A DNA stretch of 63,262 nt, the filler included, from Reclinomonas americana ATCC 50394 (Eukaryota): NCBI GenBank assembly GCA_048213135.1. It is 3 parts of 2 records of this genome, joined end to end, with 100 filler letters (N's around TTAATTAATTAA, not from the genome) between each part and the next. Parts side by side here need not be neighbours in the genome. Positions count along the whole stretch, not along the records: positions 1 to 25,860 come from PS015106.1; 2 more parts are not named here. One strand, 5' to 3'. Below, in pieces: positions 1 to 13,800 of this stretch. A model generated the notes under the pieces. The model was given only the letters and a program-made list of their open reading frames with translations, made no database searches and was not told where the DNA came from. Every line of letters begins with the position of its first letter. Position 1 is the first letter of the stretch. The position numbers and the translations under genes are program-made.

Positions 1-37
1 CGTTTCCTTTCCCATGCTCACCCTCACACCGTTGCAG

Positions 38-434
38 TTTTACGACGCCCAGAGCTCGGCGGCCTTTTTGAGTTTCGTGAATCTCCCAAAACTGAAGCCT
101 CCCTCGCCCACTCTTCTCACTTTCCTGACCCTACCTACAGACCGCGTGGCAAGACCACTCCTCATCCTCAACGCTCGTGACGACCCGCTCATCGACCCCA
201 AGCTGTTGCCGATTGATGAGCACCAAGCGAATCCCAATCTCATCTTTGCTGTCACCGAGTGGTGAGCCTGTGTGACTTGCAGTGGTGCTGTTGAGGAGAG
301 AGGAGTTGCTGACACACCACCACCGCCTGCGGAGTGGTGGACACGTGGGCTACCTGCAGGGTTTCAATAACGCGCGAACCTATGTCGACCGTGTGGCTGG
401 CGAGTTTTTCCACGCCGTACTGCAGTGCACATGA
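38..434 (+). CDS. 3' part of an alpha/beta-hydrolase (ABHD1/2/3-YheT-like), spliced, 5'-truncated by window edge
   Basis: Spliced reading FYDAQSSAAFLN|RVARPLLILNARDDPLI...VTEC|GGHVGYLQG...* contains the NAxDDP (catalytic Asp) and GGHVG (catalytic His) motifs of the family; introns 72-140 and 262-334. Confidence 0.85.
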
Positions 435-500
435 GCCACACACACGGTTTTCCCCTCCCGTGAAAAAATGGATTGCTCAGCTGTTGTTTTTAATAACTTA

Positions 501-2266
<1,766 letters not shown>

Positions 2267-2358
2267 TCTCCTCCAACTCGTCTTCTCTCGCCCGACTCTC
2301 CAAATTCACGATTTGATTGGTCGGCTAACGTTCTTGTCTTTGTGTGAGAGCGCGCGCG

Positions 2359-2526
2359 ATGGATCGGTTGGCGGTGCAAGGCCGTCGTCTTGCTGATCGG
2401 TGAGTGCACTGTGTCTATGCCTGTCTGCGCGCCTCCTCTCTCTGTGTGCGCGTTTGTGTGTTTGTGTGTGTTTGAAGATGGCTGTTGTCTGCGGGGCGAG
2501 ATGTCACACACACTTGCTCTCACTTG

Positions 2527-2558
<32 letters not shown>

Positions 2559-3199
2559 CACTTGTCTGTGCACGCGCGTGTCGCTCTCTCTTGTGCTGTC
2601 TTGCGCGTGCGTGTGTGTGTGTGTGGTTTGTGGTTGCGTGCCGTCCGTTGACTTAGGCGCGCTCTCTTGTGTGTGTGTGTGTCTCTCTCTCACTCTCTCT
2701 CTTACACTCACAGAGGAAGCAATGGAGCAGCCGCGGGTCTGACTGTCGATGCAATGGGAATTGTGCCGGCGGCGGTTCCACTTGGCGCACGATCCGCCGA
2801 AGACGTGGATCTGGTGTGATCACACACACACACACACACACACCTCTCTCTCCCCCTCACCCTCTCACTGACTCTCTCTCTCTCTCTCATTCATCGTCAG
2901 CCTGACTTGGAGCTCGCTGCGGAGGATGAAGCAGCGGGCCCTGTGGAGCCTTTTCTGTTGCCTCCGGAGCTTGTCAGTCACATGCTGTCGTTCCTCTCGC
3001 AAGACGAGTGTCTGGCGTCGCCAGTGCGAGTGTGTCGCGAGTGGCAGGCGATTGTGTTGGAGCCGCACTTTTATTCTCGAACCAATTTGCCCTTCAAGCT
3101 GCTGTCGGTGACGGCGTTGGAGAAGATTGTGCAGCATGCGACCGTGCCCATGTCGCGACAGTGTCTCCTCCGATCGTTTGTGGTCTTTGGCAAGGTGCG

Positions 3200-3237
<38 letters not shown>

Positions 3238-5272
3238 TAGGGAGGGAGAGCGGGCGTAGGCGAGCGGCTCAATTGTGCTTGTTTNNNNNNNNNNNNNNNN
3301 NNNNNNNNNNNNNNNNNNNNNNNNNNNNNNNNNNNNNNNNNNNNNNNNNNNNNNNNNNNNNNNNNNNNNNNNNNNNNNNNNNNNNNNNNNNNNNNNNNNN
3401 NNNNNNNNNNNNNNNNNNNNNNNNNNNNNNNNNNNNNNNNNNNNNNNNNNNNNNNNNNNNNNNNNNNNNNNNNNNNNNNNNNNNNNNNNNNNNNNNNNNN
3501 NNNNNNNNNNNNNNNNNNNNNNNNNNNNNNNNNNNNNNNNNNNNNNNNNNNNNNNNNNNNNNNNNNNNNNNNNNNNNNNNNNNNNNNNNNNNNNNNNNNN
3601 NNNNNNNNNNNNNNNNNNNNNNNNNNNNNNNNNNNNNNNNNNNNNNNNNNNNNNNNNNNNNNNNNNNNNNNNNNNNNNNNNNNNNNNNNNNNNNNNNNNN
3701 NNNNNNNNNNNNNNNNNNNNNNNNNNNNNNNNNNNNNNNNNNNNNNNNNNNNNNNNNNNNNNNNNNNNNNNNNNNNNNNNNNNNNNNNNNNNNNNNNNNN
3801 NNNNNNNNNNNNNNNNNNNNNNNNNNNNNNNNNNNNNNNNNNNNNNNNNNNNNNNNNNNNNNNNNNNNNNNNNNNNNNNNNNNNNNNNNNNNNNNNNNNN
3901 NNNNNATTTTTCTTATTCCCGCCCTTTTTCGCCGTCTCCCTCACTGTTTTCCCCCGTTTTTCCACACACACGCAGGCTGGTGAGGCGGGCTACAGAGAGT
4001 TTGCGGATGAGCCGGGGCACAACGGGTCGGGCTCGCGCGTGGATCCTGTGCAAGAGTGGAGCACGTCCTCGTCGGAGGAGGACATGTCGCAGGGTGAGGA
4101 TTTGGATGAGGATGCCGACGAGTTGATGGTGGAAGATGATTCTGCGTCGGAGCCGGGTCGCTGGCAATCACTGCTGGAGGAGCTGCGAGTGTGCATGTGT
4201 GTCAAGCTGCACGACATCACACCGCTGCTGTACTGTGAGAACTTGCACTTTGTGGATCTCGCACACACCTCCATCAACAATGTCGCGGCACTGGCCGCCT
4301 GCACGCGACTGCAGAAGATCTACGTGCGCAACACCGCCGTCACCGATGTGGGACCGCTGCGCAATTGCCCGCTGCTGCGCACAGTCGACATTGCGGGCAC
4401 GGCCGTGATGGACATTAGTCCGCTCGCCTCGTGCCCCGACATTGTCAAGTTTGACCTGTCGTCCACGCGCGTGTCGAGCCTGGAGCCGCTCACGTGCATG
4501 CCCAGAGTGCGCAAGCTGATGCTGAGCAACACTCCCATCACGGTGTGTTTGGCCACATGTCTTTTGGCTGACTCCTTTCATTTTCTATTGGCGCTCACGT
4601 TTCACGCACAGGATTTGAGGCCGCTGCGCTCGTGCCAGAATCTGGCCAAGATCGACGTCAGCCGTACTCGCATCGAGTCACTCGAACCGCTGCACGGTCT
4701 CACCCAGCTGCGCTTTGTGGTGTGCTCCTACACGGTGATTCGCGATGTGCAGCCACTGGTGGGCGCACCCGAGTTGTCGTACGTCGATGTGGGATCGACG
4801 CAGGTGAGCGAGGCATTTATTACTTCACTTGGAAAAAAGCACTGACCTGGTGCTCCAATCGCAGGTCACGGATGTCAACGAGTTGGTGGCCTCGTGTCCA
4901 CGACTGCGCATGATTGATGTGTCGTCGTCTGGCGTGACCAGTGTCGACGTTTCACGAGCCCGACAGAATGTGCGCGTACGAGGAGTGCTGCGCCGCGAGT
5001 GGGGCCGCGAGACGTCGAGCTACGATGCCACGTTGACGCCGACGGCGCGCGCCGAGTACCAGCGTTTGCGCGATATCGGCTGCAGCGAGGAGGCCATCAC
5101 GAGGCGAGTGTGGGAACGACCACAGCACGTCGAAGTCGGCGATTGGCTCGCCGCCAACGTGGCATTCTTCTTTGAGCGCTGCATCTTGCTGTTCCAGTCG
5201 GTGTCGGCTCACTGCCGCGACGACACGTGCCTGCAGATGATGGGCAGTGTGCAGTTTCGTCGGTTGCCTGTT

Positions 5273-5325
<53 letters not shown>

Positions 5326-5794
5326 CCATCTGTGTTTGTAACGCATGTGTCTCCCTATCTTTCTCCTTCTCGGCAGCCACGAGTACTTGTGGAGCGACGG
5401 CAAGAATGTGAAGCGTCCAGTGCGCATGTCGGCACCGGCCTACATCAACTCGCTCTTCACGTGGATCAACAATCAGCTGTGCGATCAGCGCGTGTTTGGC
5501 AACTACGAGAAGAAGCGTTTCTACGATGCGGTCAAGTACATTTTCCGCCGCATGCTGCGCGTGCTGGCGCACATTAACTTTGTGCACATGCAACATCTCG
5601 ACTTGATACAGTTGCGTGGCGTGTGCTTTTTCCCGCCTCTCGCCGGCGAAGAGTCTAATCCTGTGTGCAGGAAGCGACGAGAGTTCCTCTACACGCTGCA
5701 GCACTTTGTGCAGCTGTGTGAGCGCTACAAGTTGATTTCGGATCGCGCCGACTACGACCCGGTACTGGTGCTCGTGCAGCAGTGGCTCTCGTAG
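2359..5794 (+). CDS. F-box + leucine-rich repeat + C-terminal MOB1/phocein domain protein
   Basis: F-box LLPPELVSHMLSFLSQDECLASPVRVCREWQAIV (2955-3060); LRR array (LxxLxLxxTxVxDxxPL repeats, 4180-4950); MOB domain DWLAANVAFFF...HCRDDTCLQM...HEYLWSDG...MSAPAYINSLFTW...IFRRMLRVLAHINFVH. The F-box to LRR link crosses an N gap (3285-3905). Confidence 0.8.
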
Positions 5795-6209
5795 TGGGGT
5801 GGGGAAAGAGGCGGGCGTGTGAAGGAGAACGTGTGGTCAGATGTGTGTGTCCGTGCCGGCAGCAGCCGGCCGTGATCCAGCGACTCTGTTCCTTTTTGTC
5901 TTCCACGTCACGGGAGGGGACAAGCCGCGCGCACGCGCGCGTGCGTGTGCCGTCTCCAAATCTACTCAAAAGTGTTATTATTTCCTTTGTCTCTCGTTTG
6001 TCTGTCTGTGTGTTGTGTGTGTGTGTTTGCATTGTATCTGTGTAATGGTTGGCGAATGTGTTTTTGCGCTGAGTAAAGACAGCGCGACGATGTGCAGAAA
6101 ATGGTACAAGCATTTCTGTTTCACTTGTGGATGAGAGATGCGGGGGAAGGAGGGGAAGGGGGAGGGTGATGTGTGGAGGGGGAGGGAGATGGTGGCGGGT
6201 CAGCCAGTC

Positions 6210-7602
6210 TCAGACTTCCGCGATGAAGTTGCGTATCCGCTCCAGCAGCTCCTGCTTCACTTCCTCAGGCACCGACGCTGCGGCGGAGAAGGGGGGAATG
6301 TGAGAAAGGGGGTGGGGGAAGGGGAAGGGGGAAAGGGGGAAAGGCTGAGGTGCTGTTCGTGGAGGAGTTTATCAAGCAATCTTACAAGCGTGCAACATTG
6401 ACTAGTCTGCGGGTCTTCTCCGACTGCGGCGTATCTCTTCATGGCTGACAAAGGCACTCCGCGACACCCAACGTCTCACACTTTCATCTCTGGCATTCTC
6501 TGTTCATCAAAACAGCGAGGGCACTCTGCATTCCCTTGCGACAGCAACCCCTGCGACATCAACCTCTGGCGTTCTCTGTTCCTGAATCAGGTGACTTGCT
6601 TTCTTCTAATTACTAAAGGCGCAAGAATCAAGGGCATCAAGGCCGCGGCTCAGCAGCATTGCGTAGTCTCTCTCTCTCTGCTCCTGAATGCATCAAACCA
6701 GAAAGGGTGTCTTGCTTTCTCCTTGTTGACAAACAGCGCAAGACTCAAGGGCATCAAGGCCGCGGCTCAGTAGTGCTGCACCTCTCTCTCTCCCTCTCCC
6801 TCTCTCTCACTCTGAGCGTGATTGGCAAGGGTACTCTACTCTCCCTGTTGACCTTGCACATCAATCTTCGGGTTCTGCCCCGCTCTCCGTCTCTGCGTTC
6901 TCTTTTCGCGCACCAGTCGACGCAGCAAGGGCACTCTGCACTCCCCTGGATGGCAAGCAACAGGATGCAACATCAACGTCTCACTCGTTTCGAAACACCT
7001 CTCTCGCGCTCTCATTCTGAATGCATCGATGCAGCAGGGGCACCAAGGCCACNNNNNNNNNNNNNNNNNNNNGGCTCATCTCATTCTCCTCTCAAGCGCA
7101 ACACACGCCCCTGTCACTCCACGCACCCTCTCCCTCCCTCCCAACTCCCTGCTCTCTCTCTCTCTCTCTCTGACAGAGTCGGCACGCAACATCGTCCAAA
7201 CGGCGTGATCTCCGACACCAAATCATCCACCGTCGTCGCCTCCAATCCCTTCGACTTGATCACCTCTGCACACACACGCACACACATCAACACTCACTCA
7301 CTCTCTCTTACACAGACAAAACTCAAGAAAAACAAAACGCAACGTTTGCAATGCTGCTTCAAACTGTCTCTCCATCCACTCTCCCGCAAGCGAACCTCCA
7401 GCAGCTCCTTCAACCTAAACACACACACAAACACACACGCGCGTGAGATCAAAGTGACTTTCAACTCACACTTGCTCTCACTTTTCTCTCCACTCTCTCT
7501 CACACTCACTCACCGATCAAGCTCGCCGGTCTCCGCAAGCTTCTCATAGATCGTTTGCCGCACTTGCTGCTCTCGTTGTTTGCGCTCTCCCAGTGTGTCC
7601 AT
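6210..7602 (-). CDS. ENY2: Transcription/mRNA export factor ENY2/Sus1 (SAGA and TREX-2 subunit), 4 exons
   Basis: Spliced: [100 protein letters not shown], collinear with ENY2. Not assembled in the ORF track. Confidence 0.92.
6440..7050. repeat. Degenerate internal repeats within the ~910-nt third intron of ENY2
   Basis: Recurring tcaagggcatcaaggccgcggctcag (~6628, ~6745), gggcactctgca (~6519, ~6929) and ctgaatgcatc (~6685, ~7017). Confidence 0.7.
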
Positions 7603-7658
7603 GGCCAAAGTCATCGTATCAGTTGATCGCCGATCCACCACCCCTCACTTCAACTCCT

Positions 7659-8665
7659 ATGGCTGAGACGGCGGCGGCGGCGGCTGCGGCTGCGGCTGCG
7701 GCTGTCGACTCGCTGCTCCCGCCACTGGACGCGCCACAGTGGGTGCCCGACAGCGCCGTCATCCACTGCTATGCCTGTCACCGCGAGTTCACCTTTTTCC
7801 GACGCAAGGTCTGCACACACACTCTCTCTCACATACGCACAACAGAGAGAAACAAGCGCGCGCACGATGCACTGAGAAGAAAGGCAGAGGGGCGGGGCGA
7901 GGGAGTTTGTGATGGTCATCTCTCATCACTCACTCACACACACGCACAGCACCACTGTCGCCGCTGTGGCATGATCTTCTGCGGCGACTGCACGCCACAT
8001 CGACTGGTGATCCCGCGTCTTGTCGGCACCGGGTGCGATGTGGCACCCGTGCGCACGTGTGACACATGTCGACGTCGATGTGAGGAGGAGGAGGTGCTCG
8101 AGTCGCAGCATCTGCTCTTCTTGGCCGAGGGCGGCAAGTTGGAGTTGGAGGTCTCGCATGGCTATGTGCCGGCGATGAGAAAGGTGGGGTTGATTGATTG
8201 GTGGGCGCAAGTGCGGAGAGAGAGCTGACTGACTGTGCCATGATAGGTGTATGCGCGTGTCGACTCGTACATGTGCTTGATGTGGACGTCGAACCATGGG
8301 AGTGGAGGCAGTCGCGAGTCGCGAGTACCACTCAACGAAGTCCGCAGTGTGATTGCGGAGGAGAGCGGTGCGTTGATTCCGGATCTTCAATGCATTATTT
8401 GCCTCGGTGTATTCAAATACTTTCGTGCATAGATCGCGAGTTTGTGGTCAACACGATGGGTGGTGAGCGGTTCCACTTCCGTGCCAACTCGGTCGATGAT
8501 GCAGCGCGGTGGGTGTCGGCGTTGCAGTCGGTCTCCAAGTATCTGCGCACGGAGAAGCAGCAAAAGGAGCAGCAGTTGCTGAAGCAGCAGCAACAGCACT
8601 CGGTAGATGATCGGGCCACACATGGTGTGGATGGGGAGGCGACGAGCGATGGTGGGCTCAGATAG
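7659..8665 (+). CDS. FYVE zinc finger + PH-like domain protein
   Basis: WVPDSAVIHCYACHREFTFFRRK|HHCRRCGMIFCGDC...VRTCDTC is a canonical FYVE; downstream FHFRANSVDDAARWVSALQ is the typical PH C-terminal helix; 3 introns. Confidence 0.9.
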
Positions 8666-9219
8666 ACGGTGGGGGAGGTGATGTTTCTGTACAGAGAAAA
8701 CGGGAGAGTGTTTTGTTGCGATTGAAGAGGTATTGGTTTATGTTCTCTGCCTGTGTGCTTGGAGACGACGGTGGCGGTGATCGTGAGTGTCGATGAGCGA
8801 TGATTGGCACAGATAGATTATGACTGAGGTATCTGTACGGAGAGTGCTTTGTTACGATGTATGTTCTCCTTCTGTGCGCTTGGAGACGATAGTCGGCGGT
8901 GATCACCATCGTCGATGAGCGATGATGGGCGTCGTATCCCAGCGCAAGGAAGGAGAGAACAGCAATCTACTGTACCGTTTCAGTTGCGGACACAGTACAG
9001 ATGCATCCATCATCCATCAAAGCCCGCGGCGATCAGGAGTGGCGATGGCGATGACGGACTCCAGTAGACAGTGGAATGTCTGCAATTCAGACGGCATTGA
9101 TTACTAATCTCCTTCTGTGCGCTTGGAGACGACTGCAGCGGTCGACAAGCGACGACGGGCTCAAATAGAAGGCGGTTGTATTGCGATTGATTTCACGATC
9201 TCTCATTTGTGTGTCGTGC

Positions 9220-10248
9220 TCACTTGTCGCGCTTGGAGACAAAGCCGGCAGTCGGCGGCGCAATGTGAATCAGCAGGAACTGCGCCGCCAAGTACGTCAG
9301 CATGACCCACGTGTGCTGGAAGGGAATGGTGGCGGCACCAAAGTTGCCAATGGTCAGCAGCAGATCGGAGACCACAAAGCTGAGGCCACCGAAACGCGAC
9401 AGCGAGCCGACCATGGGCGAGGCCGAGGAGCCCGCATCGAGCGCACGCCAGGCGGTCGTGGTGAGGAACGTCACATAGACAACGCACGGAATGCGGATAT
9501 CCTCCGGCACGTACTCCCACAGCCAGAAGCGGAAAATGCTGTGCGTAATCGCCTCCAACACGAGCAACGTCACCCAATTGCGCGGGTAGCCGCGGCCGCC
9601 AGGTCCACCGAAAGTGAAGGCGTAGAGGTAGCCGAAATGCGCAATGAGGAACGACACCATGCCCAGCATGAAATACAGCATGTCGCCGGGGAAGAGCAGG
9701 AAGGCATCGCCGGCCAGCGAGAACACCGTGGCCAGCAGGCGGCTCCAGCGGAACCATGCCGGCGCCGGCTCTTGCAGGACCTGCACACACACAGAGAGAG
9801 AGAGACAGGTGAGGGAGACAACGAGACTCGAGAGCGTGGTCTTGTCTTGCGCGCAACGTAGATCGAGAGAATCTGCGACGTTCAATCAGCCAATAGCAGC
9901 GCACAAGAAAACGTAAGACATGTGTGACGTACCACAAGCGGCCACAGTTTCTGCATGAGAGAGACAAGAGAGTGCAAGTGTGTGAGACAAGACAACAATC
10001 GGACACGGGTCATTTCTCTCACCGTGAGGAAACCCGGGCCGTGGTTGATCTCATTGAGCAGATGCAGCGCCGAGGCGGCAATATACGACGAGCGCACCAG
10101 TGTCTGCGCGTGTGAGTGTGAGTGAGTGTGACAGACAATGTCCCGAAAAACGCACACGCGCGCATGCAGAACGCTCTGCGGCACTCACACACACTCTCTC
10201 CCTCACACTCACCAGTGAGGCCGAGGCCTGTTTCTTCTCGGAATGCAT
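9220..10248 (-). CDS. Lysoplasmalogenase-like membrane protein (TMEM86/YhhN family)
   Basis: FSLAGDAFL...YFMLGMVSFLIAHFGY...LSFVVSDLLL...VMLTYLAAQFLL are YhhN motifs; upstream micro-exons KLWPLV (9950-9933) and ILSIY (9872-9858). Confidence 0.9.
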
Positions 10249-10545
10249 GATTGATCGGGTTACAGTTTTCATAGTCCGAAATTACATAACAAATCGGTAA
10301 CCTCTTCTAACGCTGCGCTGTGGTCTGTTTTCATCGCCCTCCTTCTCGTCCACACGCCTCTGCACGTAGCTGACCTCACTAGCGCATTGCACTCTCTCAG
10401 TGGTGGCGCTGCGATTCCACTGTCCACTCCATCGACCCACCAGTATTGCGCGGGAAAGTCAGTCGTTCACGCGCGTTGGTGTGTGTGTGCGCGTGTGTGT
10501 GCGCGCGTGTGTGTGAGTGTGTGTGAGCGGGCACACTACACACTC

Positions 10546-10811
10546 ATGGAGAAGCTCACGGCGTTCATGACTGAGGTGCGGCAGTTGACTCACTTGTTTC
10601 TCNNNNNNNNNNNNNNNNNNNNNNNNNNNNNNNNNNNNNNNNNNNNNNNNNNNNNNNNNNNNNNNNNNNNNNNNNNNNNNNNNNNNNNNNNNNNNNNNNN
10701 NNNNNNNNNNNNNNNNNNNNNNNNNNNNNNNNNNNNNNNNNNNNNNNNNNNNNNNNNNNNNNNNNNNNNNNNNNNNNNNNNNNNNNNNNNNNNNNNNNNN
10801 NNNNGACGTCG

Positions 10812-10860
<49 letters not shown>

Positions 10861-10863
10861 TTG

Positions 10864-10898
<35 letters not shown>

Positions 10899-13800
10899 TT
10901 GTATCTCTCTCTGTCATCACTGATGGTTGTCTCTTTTCAGCGTCCTCGGCCTCTGGCGCTCGCCTATCGACGCGCGAACTGGAACGCGAGGCTCTCATTC
11001 GCAAGTACGCTGTGCGCAAGCTCAACCCCAATGAGGCGGCGCGGCGCAAGGTCGCACTCATCCCGCCGCCGTCGCTGCCGAATTTTCTCACCATGACCCG
11101 ACAAGGGAGGCAGGGTCGTCCAAAGACGTTGAGTCCTCCTCCTCCTCTTGTCTCATCAAGTTTTCCTTGTTCTTCATCTGGATCCTCTTCCTCCTCCTCT
11201 CCATATTCTCCTTCTTTTCTTCTTCTTCTCCTCCTTCCTCTTGTTCTTCTCTCTGTTCCTCCTCCGTCTCCTTCTTCTTCTCCTCCTCCTTATTCTCCTT
11301 CTTTTTGTTCTTCTTGTTCTTCTTGTTCTTCTTGTTCTTGTTCTTGTTCTTGTTCTTGTTCTTGTTCTTGTTCTTCTTCTTCTTCTTCTTCTTCTTCTCC
11401 TCCTCCTCCTCCTCCTCCTCCTCCTCCTCCTCCTCCTCCTCCTCCTCCTCCTTCCCCACCCTCTCATTTCCCTTCCACAGTGGCACTGGCCTGTCGATGA
11501 TCTACCCCCCACCCAATCTCATTCACTCGGTACCGCGCTTCCCCGAGCCCATGTATCCACCACGCCCGGGTCTTGGCATGGACATGGCGGCGCACGACGC
11601 AGTCAAGGCCAAGAGCAAGAACCTGCTGCTGGTCAATCGGCTGGTGTATGACTCGATGGAGCATGGCACGGAGGGCGATTTGGTGGGTGATTTCTCTGCA
11701 TGCATGATCTGGATAGGGTGCAGAAGCGGATGTATTCATTCCTGCGTTTGTAGAAATTGTTTGGCAAGCAGGGTATCTACAAGGGTCGTCTGGGCCACGG
11801 TCCCACCAGTGAGGGAGACTCGCCGGCGGCACCGATTGTGTCCAAGTTGCGACTCGCTACTCGGAGGCTTCTCATCTCTCAGTCCCTGTGTACTGGCTCC
11901 TGCTCACTGCAGATCTCTTTCTTGTGACGCACTCATGTTCTTGTGTTGGTCTCGTCTTCACATCGATTTCCGTTGTTGCTGTACTCGCTGGCAGTGTGTA
12001 GTGTATTCACTCTCTCTCCGAGACGCACACCGCTCCTTACTGTTCTTGCTCATGCTGTTATCTATGTCTCGTCCTCACCTTTATGCTGTCTATTCACCTT
12101 GCTCTCTCTCTCTCTCTCTCTGCGATGCACCCGTTTCTGACTCTTCCTTCTTGCATTTGTTAACCTCGCGTTTTTCCCCTTTCTGCTGACTCTACACCTA
12201 ACCTTCTCTCTGTTCCCCTTCCCATTCATCCCGTTTCCCATCATCCCCGTCCCTTTTCCCTTCGTCCCCTTCCCTTTTGCCCTTCCCTTATCCCATCACC
12301 CTCTTCTCCGACATCCTCTTCTTTCACGTCTCTTCCCTTCCACCCCCTTCCCCTTCTCCCCCTTCCCCTTCTCCCCCTTCTCCTTCCACCCCCTTCCCCT
12401 ATATCTCCCTCATTTCCCTTCCACCTCGTAGCCTTGGCGTGGCCGGCTCGATGGCCGGCCGCCACCAAGACGAGGCCGTCGACCTGCCGCCCTACTACAA
12501 GGTGGTGTCGCCGGAGGACACCACCCTGGTGTTTGAGAGTCGATACGAGAGCGGCAATCTGCGGCGGGCGATTCAGATGTTGCGTGTGGCAGCGTCCTTT
12601 CTTTTTGTTTTTCTCGCTTGCTCACGTGACGCTCAGCTACGAATTCGAGTACGAGCTGATTCTCAAGTTCGACGTCAACACTCGCGGCCACACCCAGTGG
12701 TTCTACTTTTCCGTGTCCAACACACGCAAGGACACCAAGTACAAGTTCAACCTCATCAACCTGCTGAAGCCCGACTCGCTGTACAATCACGGAATGCGAC
12801 CGGTGATGTACTCGGTGCACAACTCGCGCACGAAGGGTCTGTTTGTGCATCTTGCTGCGGCGCGACTGGATGAGCACGTCGCTAACGCGTCGTGACGTGC
12901 GCAGGCGAGGGTTGGGTGCGTGGTGGCTTCGACGTGTGCTACTACCAGAACCGCATCAAGCGACAAAAGGGCTTTTACTACTCGGCCACGTTCTCCATCA
13001 AGTTTGATCGTTGCGCGCAGCATCTAGCAAAGCCTGTGCTGTGTGGGAAACTGATGTATGTGTGGGTACGGCACAGACGACTTTGACACGGTCTACTTTG
13101 CCTACTGTTATCCGTACACATACACCGACTTGCAAGAGTTGCGGCAGTCACGCTCTGATGAGATCACTATGAGCTGCGTGCTCATGTCTCTCCCTTCTCT
13201 CAACAGTTATCTGCAAGCACTGGAAGACAATCCCGAGACGCAGTCGAGATTTCGTCGGCGGACTTTGTGCCAGACTCTCGCCGGCAACAAGTTGCGCTCT
13301 CCTTCTTCATCGTGGAACACGCACGCTACGTTCCTGATCTTGTCTCTTCCGAATTGCACAGCTGCGACCTGTTGACCATCACATCGTTCACCTCCGACCC
13401 GGAGTCGCTACGGCGGCGAAAAGGAGTGGTCATTAGCGGTCGGGTACATCCGGGCGAGAGCAACTCCAGCTGGATGATGAAGGTGTGCGCGCGCGCGATG
13501 CAAACCCTTCCGTTAATCATTGTTAATCACCGACCGATCGTCGTGCACGCCGCCGCAGGGTGTCATTGACTTCCTGCTCGGTCCGTCGCTGGACGCCAAA
13601 ATCCTGCGCGACAACTTCATCTTCAAGATCGTGCCGATGCTCAACCCAGATGGTGTCATCAACGGCAACTATCGATGTTCACTGGCTGGTGCGCATTCTT
13701 GGACCGGTGCGCATGTTTTGCACTTCATGTATCTCAACCCCGTGTGTGCCAGGTGTTGATCTCAACCGTCGATGGATGGAGCCGAGCAAGAAGCTGACGC

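Noticed and set aside
11088-12189. Long poly-E/K/L/S ORFs in the ORF track
   Set aside because: Translations of an intronic pyrimidine-rich simple repeat, open in several frames; likewise the poly-RE/SL/HT/CV ORFs from dinucleotide microsatellites.
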